From: an uncultured Pseudohongiella sp. | GTDB lineage: Bacteria > Pseudomonadota > Gammaproteobacteria > Pseudomonadales > Pseudohongiellaceae | Direction of reading: 5' to 3' | Length of the DNA: 64,000 nt | NCBI GenBank assembly: GCA_965228725.1 | Contig: OZ245834.1 | Location: forward strand, 674,198 to 738,197 | Shown: one piece after another, positions 14,752 to 24,812 of the stretch | Numbering within the stretch: position 1 is the stretch's first letter | Layout: the number at the start of each line of letters is the position of its first letter | Position numbers and translations under genes: made by a program | Notes under the pieces: generated by a model | Databases searched by the model: none | Told to the model about the DNA's origin: nothing | Seen by the model: the letters and a program-made list of their open reading frames with translations, nothing else

Positions 14752-16887
14752 ATGACCAACGCACTCAGCTTCTCCCCCGCTCTGCCTTCTCGCCGCAAAC
14801 TGCTTCCACTAGCAATAGTGCTGGCACTGCCCTGCACTGCTGCCGTGGCACAGAATGACAGCGAAGCGATGGAGGAGATTCTGGTAACGACCACGCGTAC
14901 CAACACGCCGCTGAGCCAGATTCCCAATACGGTAACTCTCATCGATCAGCAGGATCTGGATCAGCAGATCAGCATCAACAACGACCTCTCGACGCTGCTG
15001 GGTAACCTGATCCCCAGCTTCTCGCCAAGTCGCCAGAAGATGACCAGCTATGGTGAGAGTCTGCGCGGTCGTGATCCCTTGTATATGGTGGATGGCGTTC
15101 CCCAGTCGAATCCACTGCGCGACGGTTCCCGCGATGGACATACCATCGACCCCCTGATGCTGGAGCGCATTGAAGTGATACATGGCGCCAATGCCATTCA
15201 TGGTCTCGGCGCCTCGGGCGGCATTATCAATCTGATCACCCGTCGCCCTGAAGAAGCCTGGCAGCAGAGCCTGCGTGTTGAATCCTATGGCCAGGAGGAA
15301 GATCTCGGTGAGAGCCTGGGCTATGGCACTAACTACAGCGTGTCCGGTCGCAGTGGCGATGTCGACGTGCTGGCGAGCTTCAGCTATCGCACAACTGGCA
15401 TCAGCTACGATGCCAATGGCGATATCGTCGGCTTTGATAACGCGCAGGGCGACACCATGGATGCGGATACTCGCAACGTGTTCCTCAAGAGCGGCTATGA
15501 GTGGGACGATCAGCGCATCGAACTGACCCTCAATGACTTCACGCTTGAAGGCAATAGCGACTGGATTGCTGTAAACGGCGATATCTCCGAAGGCATCCCC
15601 ACCACGGCAGTCCCAGGCTCGGTGCCCGGTGAGCCAGTCAGCAATGACGTCACCATGGTCGCGCTGAGCTACAGCAACGACGATTTCTTCGGCCATGATC
15701 TGCGCCTGCAAGGTTACGACCAATCCTTTGCCGGTACTTATGGCGGCGGCAATTTTGGGACGTTCCAGGACCCAGCCTACGGGGCTGACGTCTATGACCA
15801 GTCACAAAACAATTCGGACAAACGCGGTTTCAAATTGACTATGGCGCTGGAGGAAGTGGGCGACCTGCCACTGGGCATCGTTTACGGTGCTGACTATCTG
15901 AGCGACGAGACTTTCCAACAGCTCGTGCTGACTGGTCGCAACTGGGTGCCCGAGACAAACTACGAGAACTACTCCTATTTCGCCCAGGCAGACTACAGCG
16001 GCATCGAAAACCTGACCATTACCGCAGGCATTCGCCATGAGCGGAGCGCGCTGGAGGTGAATGACTTCACCACACTGTACTCCTATAACGGCGGCCAGTT
16101 TGTTGCCGGTGGCGATCCTGATTTCAGCGAAACGCTCGGCAATATCGGCGCAACCTACAATGTGAGTGAGTCCTGGCGCCTGTTTGCCAATTACTCGGAA
16201 GGCTTCTCCATGCCGGATGTAGGACGTGTACTGCGCGGGATCAATATTCCCGATCAAAACGTGGAGACCTTCCTCAATCTGGAGCCAATCATCACGGAGA
16301 ATACAGAGCTCGGCGTGGAGTTCGATAACCGCGTTGTCTCTGCACAGCTCAGCTACTACACATCGGATTCCGATCTTGGCCAGCGCCTGCAGGCGAACGC
16401 CGACGGCATCTATAGCGTGCAGCGCGAGATGACAGAGATCGACGGCATCGAGGTGCGTGCCCAATGGCAGGCCAGCAACATCGATAGCCTGGGCTTTCGT
16501 TATGCACACACCGATGGCCAGTATGACTCCGACGACAATGGCTCAGTCGATACCGATCTCAGCGGCGCGAACATGTCGCCTTCCCGTCTCAATCTGAGCT
16601 GGGAGCGACAGTGGACTACTGACCTGCTCTCGCGACTGCAGATCAACGTATTGCAGGACAGAGACTTCGACAACGCCGCCGGCGTAACGACCACTCGCTT
16701 CGACGGCTATACCACGGTTGATCTGTACGGCGAATACAGCTTCGGCTCAAGCGCCGTGCGTGTGGGGCTTCAGAACCTCACCAATACCGACTATTTCACC
16801 TATTATTCCCAGACGCTGGGCAACGATGGGCGAAACTTCAAAGGGATCGGCCGCAGCTTCAGCCTGTCCTACAACATGAACTTCTAA
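14752..16887 (+). CDS. TonB-dependent outer-membrane (siderophore-type) receptor
   Basis: Signal peptide from the ATG at 14752, TonB-box-like EEILVTTTR, plug and beta-barrel pattern, C-terminal ...SLSYNMNF ending in an aromatic residue. Confidence 0.9.
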   Translation: MTNALSFSPALPSRRKLLPLAIVLALPCTAAVAQNDSEAMEEILVTTTRTNTPLSQIPNTVTLIDQQDLDQQISINNDLSTLLGNLIPSFSPSRQKMTSYGESLRGRDPLYMVDGVPQSNPLRDGSRDGHTIDPLMLERIEVIHGANAIHGLGASGGIINLITRRPEEAWQQSLRVESYGQEEDLGESLGYGTNYSVSGRSGDVDVLASFSYRTTGISYDANGDIVGFDNAQGDTMDADTRNVFLKSGYEWDDQRIELTLNDFTLEGNSDWIAVNGDISEGIPTTAVPGSVPGEPVSNDVTMVALSYSNDDFFGHDLRLQGYDQSFAGTYGGGNFGTFQDPAYGADVYDQSQNNSDKRGFKLTMALEEVGDLPLGIVYGADYLSDETFQQLVLTGRNWVPETNYENYSYFAQADYSGIENLTITAGIRHERSALEVNDFTTLYSYNGGQFVAGGDPDFSETLGNIGATYNVSESWRLFANYSEGFSMPDVGRVLRGINIPDQNVETFLNLEPIITENTELGVEFDNRVVSAQLSYYTSDSDLGQRLQANADGIYSVQREMTEIDGIEVRAQWQASNIDSLGFRYAHTDGQYDSDDNGSVDTDLSGANMSPSRLNLSWERQWTTDLLSRLQINVLQDRDFDNAAGVTTTRFDGYTTVDLYGEYSFGSSAVRVGLQNLTNTDYFTYYSQTLGNDGRNFKGIGRSFSLSYNMNF

Positions 16888-16908
16888 GCCCGCGCGGATT
16901 ATCTGTTC

Positions 16909-18057
16909 ATGCGTCAGCTACTCATCCTATTGCACAAGTACACCGGGCTTACCCTCGGTGTACTGCTCACTGTTACCGCACTCTCGGGAAGCCTTCTGGT
17001 ATTCGATCGTGAGCTGGATGAACTGCTGACTCCCGACACAGCGAGCTTCGAGCCCGCCACAACGCTGGCGTCGTTTCAGCTTGCGCTGGACAATGCCCGC
17101 GCCGCGGTAGACAACGGAACGGAACCCACGCGTCTTATGCTGGGCCGTCATTCCGGCGCTCCGCACATCATTCGCTTTCCTACCCCCGAGGGTGCACCCG
17201 GTCCGATCGAGGTCAGTATCAATCCGGGTACGGGTGAGGCGCTTAGCGTGAGAACCTGGGGCGAGTATCCGGTAACCTGGATCTATCATCTGCATCTGTC
17301 GTTTCTCGGAGGCCACACGGGTGAGATCGTCGTCGGTATCATGGGCTTCTGCCTGCTCTTCTTCTGTCTCAGTGGTGTAGTGATCTGGTGGCCCAAGATC
17401 AGCAAGGGACAGCGCCAATGGCGACGCGCACTGACAATCAAGCGCGGCGCAGGCAGCTTCCGTCTCAACTACGACTTGCACAAGACCACCGGCATTTATT
17501 TGTTGCCACTGTTCATTTTGTTGGCAGTAACCGGCATTGAGATCGTCTGGCACGATCCCTTCGAGCGCGTCGTCGCCGCCGTGTTGCCTGTACGAGAAGA
17601 TCCGAATCCACTTTCCCAGCCCGGACCGGGAGACATCACAATCGATGATGCCGCCGAGATCGCGCAGGCGGTATTTCCGGAGTCCCGCATGGGACGCCTT
17701 TATCTGCCCGCGACTGATACCGCTCCCTGGCGCGTGACCTTCATGCATCCCAACGAGTGGTGGAACGAATACGGTGCCAGCACGGTGTACATCGATCGCT
17801 ACAACGGCGCCGTGCTCGACATCTGGGATTCGCGAGAGTTGCCCGCCGGTAGCACCTTCCTCACCTGGATGTTTCCGTTGCACAACGGCGACGCGCTGGG
17901 TATGCCTGGTCGCATTGCCATCTTTATCAGCGGCCTGCTCATGGCCGGTCTGTTTATCACCGGCATTTACATGTGGCTCAAGAAACGCCGTCCGGCATTG
18001 CGCAAGGAAAAGCAGACTTCCGAGCAAGGGCTGGAACTGCAGTCTGCGGCGGACTGA
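16909..18057 (+). CDS. PepSY-associated transmembrane protein (PiuB-like)
   Basis: LHKYTGLTLGVLL..SGSLLVFDRELD N-terminus, 4 TM helices, FPLHNGDALG near the C-terminus. Sits directly after the receptor. Confidence 0.85.
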   Translation: MRQLLILLHKYTGLTLGVLLTVTALSGSLLVFDRELDELLTPDTASFEPATTLASFQLALDNARAAVDNGTEPTRLMLGRHSGAPHIIRFPTPEGAPGPIEVSINPGTGEALSVRTWGEYPVTWIYHLHLSFLGGHTGEIVVGIMGFCLLFFCLSGVVIWWPKISKGQRQWRRALTIKRGAGSFRLNYDLHKTTGIYLLPLFILLAVTGIEIVWHDPFERVVAAVLPVREDPNPLSQPGPGDITIDDAAEIAQAVFPESRMGRLYLPATDTAPWRVTFMHPNEWWNEYGASTVYIDRYNGAVLDIWDSRELPAGSTFLTWMFPLHNGDALGMPGRIAIFISGLLMAGLFITGIYMWLKKRRPALRKEKQTSEQGLELQSAAD

Positions 18058-18060
18058 TTA

Positions 18061-18260
18061 GTCCGCCTCTTTCCACTGCTCGTACTTTCTACACCACTTT
18101 ACTTCTGCTTAACTTTCTTTTTGCTTCACTTTCTTTCCAATTCATTTTTTTCTGCTTCACCTTCTTCCTACCTCACCTACTTCCGCCCGATCTGACTGCC
18201 CCTCCTTTATAGGCCCTCAGTTCAGCCCCTCCTTTCAACCGATCCCATTCTCCACCTCTC
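18061..18260 (+). repeat. ~200-nt polypyrimidine (CT-rich) low-complexity tract
   Basis: Reiterated cttcactttctt / ctgcttcaccttcttcc units, almost purine-free on the + strand. Confidence 0.6.
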
Positions 18261-18355
18261 CTAATTGACACACGCGGTTCACGCACCGCATTGTCAAGCC
18301 GAGGTGAAATGCAGTAATTTGGCACTATCGAGAACAAAAACAATAGGTCAACACC

Positions 18356-20545
18356 ATGCAGCGCTTCTCTCGTTCTTCAAGTAATTCACGTTATTCACGT
18401 ATTTCACACCGCCTCGCTGGCTCGTCAGTTATTGCTCTTGCATTCGGGGCACTCACCGCGCTCCTCACGTCTCTTGCTCAGGCACAGGTGCTTAGCGGCA
18501 CCGAGAATGGGGAGTGGCGTTATCTGGGCGGCCCGGTCGGGCATACCCGCTACTCGCCGCTTGATCAGATCAACCGCGACAATTTCGAAGAACTTGAACA
18601 GGCCTGGATCTGGCGCAGCGACAACTTCGGCCCCAACATCGATTACTTCTCGCGCTCCACACCGATTTATGTCGACGGCGTTTTGTACACAGTCGCTACG
18701 CCGCGGCGTCAGGTCGTCGCCATGGACCCGGCCACTGGGGAGACTCTCTGGACCTTTCGCGAACCGGAGACTATCCGCCATCAGCGTTCCCCGCGTCAGG
18801 CCTATGGCAAGGGCGTAGCCTATGCCGAGGTCAATGGCCGTGGCGTCATCTATATCACCACGCCCGGATTCTTCCTCTGGGCGCTGGATGCCAAGACGGG
18901 TCGTCCACTTGAAAACTGGGGCGGCGCGTTTCCGGTTGGCGGCTTCCCCGAGACCGGTTCCATCGATCTGATACCGCACCTGGTGGAAGACTGGGGCCCC
19001 TGGCAGGATCATCTCGTTGCTGGCGGTCGCTACGATGCCAACTACGGTATTCCCCGCGAGCTGGGCATGGTGACAGCCTCGGCCCCGCCCATTGTCGTGA
19101 ATGGTGTCGTCGTGGTGCTGGTTGGACATCAACCGAGCTATGGTCAAACGCGGATCGAGAATGTGCCAGGCGACATCATGGGTTTCGATGCGGAAACCGG
19201 TGAACGCCTGTGGAAGTTCCATGTGATCCCCCGCCCCGGCGAAGTCGGTCACGAGACCTGGCATAACGAGGCCTGGCGTTTCTCCGGCGACATGTCGACC
19301 TGGGCGCCCGCATCGGCCGATCCCGAGTTAGGCCTGGTGTATCTGGTAACCAATGCCTCCACCGTACAGACCTATGCCGGGCATCGGCCCGGCGACAATC
19401 TCTTCGGTGGCAGTGTGTTGGCACTGGATGTCGCCACGGGTGAGCGACGCTGGCATTTCCAGATTCATCGCAGCGATCAGTGGAACTACGACCTGCCGAC
19501 GCCGCCGATGCTGATGGACTTGCAGATGAACGGTGAGACCGTACCCGCACTGGTGCAATACACCAAACAGGGTTTGGTGTTTGCTTTCAATCGTGCCACG
19601 GGCGAACCGCTCTGGCCGATCGTGGACCGTCCTGTGATGCAGACCGAAGTACCCGGTAACTATACTGCGGCGACCCAGCCCTATCCCACGCGTCCGGAAC
19701 CAGTCGACCCCATAGTCTGGGATGGCATTACCGAAGAATTTGTCATGGACTACACGCCCGAGCTGAAGGCTCGCGCTACCGAGATACTTGCGAACTATCG
19801 CATCGGTGGCCTCTATGTGCCGCCGCTGCCCGAAGATCATGGCAATGACTTTGTGAACAATGTTGGCTGCAGCGGCTCGGGTAATGTCATCTCCCATCCA
19901 CCTGTGGCCGATCCGAGCACCGGCATGCTGTACGCGTCACACAACCGTACCTGTTCTGCACCACGCATGATGCGCGCCACCAATGGCGTCGACATCGACA
20001 ATCCGAACTATCCGGAACCGGGTGAAGGCGGTGCGACGCCGAACAGCACCCCCACCACGGGCACCACTGTTGCTGCGTGGTTGCCCGGCCGACCGGCGCC
20101 CTTACAGAGCATCGACGGGCTACCTGTCTACAAGCCACTGAACAATCAACTCACTGCTTACGACATGAACAGCGGCGACAAGACCTGGTCGCTCCCGGTC
20201 GGCGAGACGCGGGAATCGATTCGGAATCATCCCTTGCTGGAAGGTGTCGACATTCCCAATTCTGGCGGTGTTGGCTACTCCATTCAGATGGTAATGGGTG
20301 ACATACTGGTGCAGACCCGCGCGCTCAGCGAAGGAACGGCGCAGCTCATTCCCGACGCGCCGCTGCTGCTGCATGCGCGAGACAAAACCAGTGGCGAAAT
20401 ACTCGGCAGCGTGGAACTCCCCGCGCCGGCGCAATACGGCATGATGACGTATCTGCACAACGGCAGGCAGTATATCGTCGTACAGATTGGCAGCTTCCAG
20501 ACCGACTACCCCGGTGCGCTTGTCGCCTACCGCTTGCCGCTCTAG
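18356..20545 (+). CDS. PQQ-dependent (quinoprotein) dehydrogenase, soluble glucose/quinate-like type
   Basis: 729 aa with a signal peptide, W-rich beta-propeller repeats, and DQWNYDLP resembling the HDLWDMDVP motif of the quinoprotein GDH family. Confidence 0.8.
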   Translation: MQRFSRSSSNSRYSRISHRLAGSSVIALAFGALTALLTSLAQAQVLSGTENGEWRYLGGPVGHTRYSPLDQINRDNFEELEQAWIWRSDNFGPNIDYFSRSTPIYVDGVLYTVATPRRQVVAMDPATGETLWTFREPETIRHQRSPRQAYGKGVAYAEVNGRGVIYITTPGFFLWALDAKTGRPLENWGGAFPVGGFPETGSIDLIPHLVEDWGPWQDHLVAGGRYDANYGIPRELGMVTASAPPIVVNGVVVVLVGHQPSYGQTRIENVPGDIMGFDAETGERLWKFHVIPRPGEVGHETWHNEAWRFSGDMSTWAPASADPELGLVYLVTNASTVQTYAGHRPGDNLFGGSVLALDVATGERRWHFQIHRSDQWNYDLPTPPMLMDLQMNGETVPALVQYTKQGLVFAFNRATGEPLWPIVDRPVMQTEVPGNYTAATQPYPTRPEPVDPIVWDGITEEFVMDYTPELKARATEILANYRIGGLYVPPLPEDHGNDFVNNVGCSGSGNVISHPPVADPSTGMLYASHNRTCSAPRMMRATNGVDIDNPNYPEPGEGGATPNSTPTTGTTVAAWLPGRPAPLQSIDGLPVYKPLNNQLTAYDMNSGDKTWSLPVGETRESIRNHPLLEGVDIPNSGGVGYSIQMVMGDILVQTRALSEGTAQLIPDAPLLLHARDKTSGEILGSVELPAPAQYGMMTYLHNGRQYIVVQIGSFQTDYPGALVAYRLPL

Positions 20546-20628
20546 GACTGTAATTCACCAGACAACAGGGCCTGACTGTAGTGGTCGGGCCCCGTTGAAC
20601 TACCCACGCAGGGAACGCACCATAGCCC

Positions 20629-21132
20629 ATGAACCTGGACAGTGAACTCGCCGCCTGGGGTGGCAAATCTGCTGCGGATATCGGCGCGATCTATGAACGC
20701 CACTGCGCCCTGCAGGGCTTCAGCGAGCGCCTCATTGAACTCATTCATTCCGATGATTTACAAAAAGGTGCCACGTGGCTGCTGAAAAAATACCTGGAGT
20801 CCGGGGGCACGCTCGACAACAAGCAGATCAGCACCATCTACAACTCACTCTCCGCGCTGCAACAGTGGGAAACGAAACTCCATGTGCTGCAATGCGTTCC
20901 CTATATGGCCATTGCGAGTGGCGAAAAACGCAGGCTGGAAAATTTTCTGAGAAAAACACTCACCGATAGCAACAAATTTGTCCGTGCGTGGTCTTATAAT
21001 GGCTTTTACGAACTGGCACGACAGCATCCCGAGTATGTCGCTGAGGCGAAGCAATTCTTCGAGATGGCGATGCGCGATGAAGCTGCCTCGGTCAAGGCCA
21101 GAATCCGCACTATCGTCAAGCGCGGATTCTGA
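20629..21132 (+). CDS. HEAT-like helical repeat protein (DNA-alkylation-repair-like, uncertain)
   Basis: 167-aa all-helical ORF. Weak resemblance to the AlkD-like family. Confidence 0.4.
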   Translation: MNLDSELAAWGGKSAADIGAIYERHCALQGFSERLIELIHSDDLQKGATWLLKKYLESGGTLDNKQISTIYNSLSALQQWETKLHVLQCVPYMAIASGEKRRLENFLRKTLTDSNKFVRAWSYNGFYELARQHPEYVAEAKQFFEMAMRDEAASVKARIRTIVKRGF

Positions 21133-21181
21133 ACGAACTTTCCCTGCACAATCCACTGACATCCCCGTCTACGAGGAATGC

Positions 21182-21877
21182 ATGAATCAGGATGAATTGA
21201 CTGCCCTGTTTGACCAACAGGCAACGAATTACGATAAACAATGGGCCAAGACATCGCCGATCAGGGATTGCCTGCATCTGTTGCTGGACTCGCTGTTTGC
21301 TGACCTGCCAGCGAACGCCCACATTCTTTGCGTCGGCGCGGGAACAGGAGCGGAGCTGGCTCATCTGGCCCAGCGCAATCCCGGCTGGCAATTCACTGCT
21401 GTCGAGCCGTCCGAGTCCATGCTCGATGTGTGTCGCAGCAAGGCCGAGCAAGCGGGATTTGTCGAGCGATGCACGTTTCATCAAGGCTATCTAGACACGC
21501 TAACTACCGCTGCTGAGTTCGATGCGGCGACCTGTTTCCTGGTGTCCCAGTTTATTCTCGATCAGCAAGCACGCAGCGATTTCTTTGGCGGCATCGCGCG
21601 CCGCCTCAAGCCCGCGGGGCTGCTCGCGAGCACTGACCTCGCCTCGGATGTAACGTCGCCCGAGTACGAACTGCTGTTGCGAGCCTGGATGCAGATGATG
21701 TCGAGTGCCGAGATCCGGGCAGAAGACATCGAACGCATGCGCAACGCCTACGCCAATGACGTTGGCGTGCTACCGGCGGCGACGATCACCGCAATTATTC
21801 AGGCCGGCGGATTCGAGCTCCCCGTACAATTCTTTCAGGCCGGCCTGATTCATGGCTGGCTCTCGCGGCGCACCTGA
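21182..21877 (+). CDS. class I SAM-dependent methyltransferase
   Basis: Motif I ILCVGAGTGAELAHLA. Start chosen at MNQDELTALF (21182) instead of the long ORF start at 20978. Confidence 0.8.
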   Translation: MNQDELTALFDQQATNYDKQWAKTSPIRDCLHLLLDSLFADLPANAHILCVGAGTGAELAHLAQRNPGWQFTAVEPSESMLDVCRSKAEQAGFVERCTFHQGYLDTLTTAAEFDAATCFLVSQFILDQQARSDFFGGIARRLKPAGLLASTDLASDVTSPEYELLLRAWMQMMSSAEIRAEDIERMRNAYANDVGVLPAATITAIIQAGGFELPVQFFQAGLIHGWLSRRT

Positions 21878-21914
21878 GCCGCCCTTCGCAACTACACGAC
21901 ACAGGAATTAAAAG

Positions 21915-22391
21915 ATGAACCAGCCAGCAGACTGCCCCTCTTGTGGCGCTCAGGGAATTGGCGGACTGGCTGGCTGTGACGAGACCTTCTCTCAGCTTAT
22001 CGGCGAAGAGTTCTCCAACGCCTTGTTGTTTCGTGCTCACCGACTCACCGTCGATGCCTACTGCCTGCAACACCCCGAGAAATACATGATTTCCTCCAAA
22101 TCGGCCACGGCTCATCTTGCCGGGATATGCTGGTCGCTGGAGATTGAAGAGAGTGTGCATATGCCACCGGCATTGAAGCAACTCGTGGACGGGCCGCAGC
22201 AGTTCGAACGCATCGCTGTGCCTGCTCCGCAGCAACGTGGCGCAGTGAACATCCTGCATTTGACAGAGCTGACCGATCCGCAAGACTATCTACGGGCAGC
22301 GCGGGAATGGGCGCAATCAGCCTGGACTGCCTGGCCCCACGCCTGGGAGCAGACTCGCGCCTGGATAGCTCGTGCACGCAGGACTGAATAA
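21915..22391 (+). CDS. hypothetical protein with N-terminal CxxC
   Basis: 158-aa ORF, CPSCGAQGIGGLAGCDETF. Good coding appearance. Confidence 0.5.
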   Translation: MNQPADCPSCGAQGIGGLAGCDETFSQLIGEEFSNALLFRAHRLTVDAYCLQHPEKYMISSKSATAHLAGICWSLEIEESVHMPPALKQLVDGPQQFERIAVPAPQQRGAVNILHLTELTDPQDYLRAAREWAQSAWTAWPHAWEQTRAWIARARRTE

Positions 22392-22427
22392 TCCACAGGG
22401 CATAACCAAGCAAGCGGAGGCTACATC

Positions 22428-23069
22428 ATGGCCGTATCCCAAAAAGCCAAAGAGCTGATTGCGAAGCTCGGCGACGGCACGCGACTGGGTGACATCAAGA
22501 AGCTCGCCAAAGACATCAAGATTGACCACGCGCTCGCACAAGAACTGTGGGCACACGGCGCGCACAATCCGCGCTTGCTCGCCACACTCATTTTCGACAA
22601 GAAACTCCTCAGTGAATCAGACCTTGATTTAGTCGCTACCGATCTCGCCAAACTCTCGAGTGAAGAGCGCAATCAACTCAGCGACTGGCTGCTCGCGAAT
22701 CAATTGACCAAAGACAAGAAGTTAGTCGCACTGTTGGAATCCTGGCAACAGCATGCTTCCCCCGTCATGCGGCGTTGGTTCTGGTACTATCAAGCCCGAC
22801 AACGTTGGACAGGCAGAACTCCACCTGCGGGCAGTAGCGCGAAACTGATGGATGCAATTGAGGCGGATATCGCCGCGGAAGACCCTGATGTGCAATGGGT
22901 GATGAATTTTTGCGCGGGCTGGATCGGCGTCTATGAAGACAAACTGCGCACGCGTTGCGTCAAGCTCGGCAAACAACTCGCGCTGTATAAAGACGAGCCG
23001 GTCGCGCGTAATTGCACGCCTTCCTACCTACCGGAATTTATTCGTATCGAAGTGGCAAAACGCGCATGA
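22428..23069 (+). CDS. DNA alkylation repair (AlkC/AlkD-like HEAT) protein
   Basis: 213 aa. LAQELWAHGAHNPRLLATLIFD...WLLANQL...RRWFWYY pattern as I recall it for the DNA_alkylation family. Confidence 0.6.
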   Translation: MAVSQKAKELIAKLGDGTRLGDIKKLAKDIKIDHALAQELWAHGAHNPRLLATLIFDKKLLSESDLDLVATDLAKLSSEERNQLSDWLLANQLTKDKKLVALLESWQQHASPVMRRWFWYYQARQRWTGRTPPAGSSAKLMDAIEADIAAEDPDVQWVMNFCAGWIGVYEDKLRTRCVKLGKQLALYKDEPVARNCTPSYLPEFIRIEVAKRA

Positions 23070-23476
23070 GCAACGCTCGGCTGCAATGGTACTGGTACGG
23101 CTATTTCGTCCTGCTCCTGAGTGCAGGACTTGTCCAGATGCTGCGTAAAATACTGACCGATACAGGTGGCTTCCCATCGCGCTACAGCGCCATCATCGTC
23201 GCAGTTTGGCTTATAGCCGCCCTGTGTGCGAAGGCTCGAGGCATACGCCTTTGGAAGGCCTGGCCCTGGCAAGCACTGTATTATGTTCTGGCTACCATGA
23301 TCTGTGTTGGATTGCTGTATGCAGCCTATCTGTTGCTGAGCGGTGTCATTCCATCTGCGGCGTTATTGCTGGCAGCCATTGCCTTGTTACTCCCTGCAAC
23401 ACAGCAACTGCGCCACTACGCCTTTCGTTCGCCGGATATCTGGCGCGAGACCAAGACAAACGAGAGTCCCGCCTAG
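23066..23476 (+). CDS. membrane protein (hypothetical)
   Basis: ATGA overlap with the preceding stop. 4 hydrophobic helices. Confidence 0.55.
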   Translation: MSNARLQWYWYGYFVLLLSAGLVQMLRKILTDTGGFPSRYSAIIVAVWLIAALCAKARGIRLWKAWPWQALYYVLATMICVGLLYAAYLLLSGVIPSAALLLAAIALLLPATQQLRHYAFRSPDIWRETKTNESPA

Positions 23477-23506
23477 CAAGATTCCTGGCGTGAACAAGTA
23501 CATTGA

Positions 23507-24145
23507 ATGAGTAAAGCGGATTCCATAACAGCGAAGTTCATGACAACGAATTCCACATCAGAAGACAACGAGGCATCCAACGGTTGGGAAGCGGCGGCCG
23601 CCGACGTGCTGTCCTACCAACGCAACCGCATCGGCGAAAAGACCGTGGCGGAATGGTCAACCGTTCTGCAACCGGGTAGCCTACTGCTCGATGTCGGCTG
23701 CGGCTTCGGAGGCAGTTACACCCAGCATCTGCTGAACAATGAAATGGAGCTGTTTGCGATCGACTCCTCTCCTACGCTGCTCGGCGAATACCGCAAACGC
23801 TACCCGCAAGTCACCAGTCGCTGTGAAGCAATAGAGGACTCCTCCTTGTTCGCTCGGCAATTCCACGCCGTGCTCGCTATTGGCCTGATTTTTCTGCTCG
23901 ATCCAGAGCAACAGAATCGCGTATTGCAGAAATTGGCGAGCGTGCTCATGCCCGATGGGCGGCTGCTGTTCACCGCCCCGTGGCAGGTGTGCGATTGGCG
24001 CGATCTGTCGACGGGGCGTAAGTCACAGTCTCTGGGTCGCAATAGTTACGTGCAAACACTTGAAAACTGCGGACTGCACCTTATTACTGAATATACTGAC
24101 GAGGGAGAGAATCACTACTTCGAATTCAAAAAGTCGGCATCTTGA
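23507..24145 (+). CDS. class I SAM-dependent methyltransferase
   Basis: Motif I LLLDVGCGFGG, 212 aa. Confidence 0.75.
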   Translation: MSKADSITAKFMTTNSTSEDNEASNGWEAAAADVLSYQRNRIGEKTVAEWSTVLQPGSLLLDVGCGFGGSYTQHLLNNEMELFAIDSSPTLLGEYRKRYPQVTSRCEAIEDSSLFARQFHAVLAIGLIFLLDPEQQNRVLQKLASVLMPDGRLLFTAPWQVCDWRDLSTGRKSQSLGRNSYVQTLENCGLHLITEYTDEGENHYFEFKKSAS

Positions 24146-24274
24146 TTCAGCAACCAACTGATTATCAAGAGCTCACCTGAGCCGGCCGCTTGCAATTAGC
24201 CACTCCCTCCTTCCACCAGGCATCTTCAGTGCTGGCGCTGCAGCAACCGCAGCACACTCAGAAAAGGATTTCTC

Positions 24275-24727
24275 ATGAACAGGTATCACCTCGCGCAAAT
24301 CAATATCGCCAAAGCACGCGCCGAAATGGACAGCGATGTCATGCAGGGGTTTGTTAGCCGCCTCGATGAGATCAATGCGCTGGCAGACGATGCACCGGGC
24401 TTTGTCTGGCGCTTGCAGTCAGAAGATGGCGACGCAACGTCGATTCGCGTGTTCGATGATCCACTCCTGCTCGTGAACATGAGTGTCTGGGAAGATCTTG
24501 AGTCGCTGAAAGAGTACGTCTATCGCTCACTGCATGTCGAACTCATCAAGGACCGCGATGCCTGGTTCCACAAACTGGCTGCAGCGCATCAGGCGCTGTG
24601 GTGGATTCCCGCCGGACATACGCCTACACTGGAGGAAGCCAAAACACGGCTGGACATTCTTGACCGCTCAGGCCCAACAACAGAGGCCTTTACCTTTGCC
24701 AGGCCTGAAGCCGCTCCGCAGGAATAG
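24275..24727 (+). CDS. DUF3291-like protein
   Basis: HLAQINIAKA...GFVWRLQSEDGDAT...VNMSVWEDLESLKEYVYRS.H is a family pattern I recognise. Confidence 0.65.
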   Translation: MNRYHLAQINIAKARAEMDSDVMQGFVSRLDEINALADDAPGFVWRLQSEDGDATSIRVFDDPLLLVNMSVWEDLESLKEYVYRSLHVELIKDRDAWFHKLAAAHQALWWIPAGHTPTLEEAKTRLDILDRSGPTTEAFTFARPEAAPQE

Positions 24728-24812
24728 AGCCTTTCTTCGCGGGCTTATTTTCATGCCATACAGCGCATGCAATGCACACTATGGTTAGCACGGCTCAAAG
24801 GACCAAGTCACG

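Noticed and set aside
14809-15723. 304-aa minus-strand ORF (and 15802-16509, 235 aa) inside the TonB-dependent receptor gene
   Set aside because: It lies antisense to a gene with clear receptor motifs. The translation is Ala/Gly/His/Arg-rich with no motifs. This is a typical shadow ORF of GC-rich coding DNA.
16927-18027. 366-aa minus-strand ORF covering the PepSY-TM gene
   Set aside because: It is a mirror ORF of a well-supported + strand gene. The composition is low-complexity Arg/Gly/Ala/His, and there is no start context.
18425-20666. Series of minus- and plus-strand ORFs (for example 18425-19264, 19328-19897, 20120-20458) overlapping the 729-aa PQQ dehydrogenase
   Set aside because: All overlap a continuous, motif-bearing ORF. 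Their sequences are Arg/Pro/His-rich, typical of off-frame GC-rich translation.
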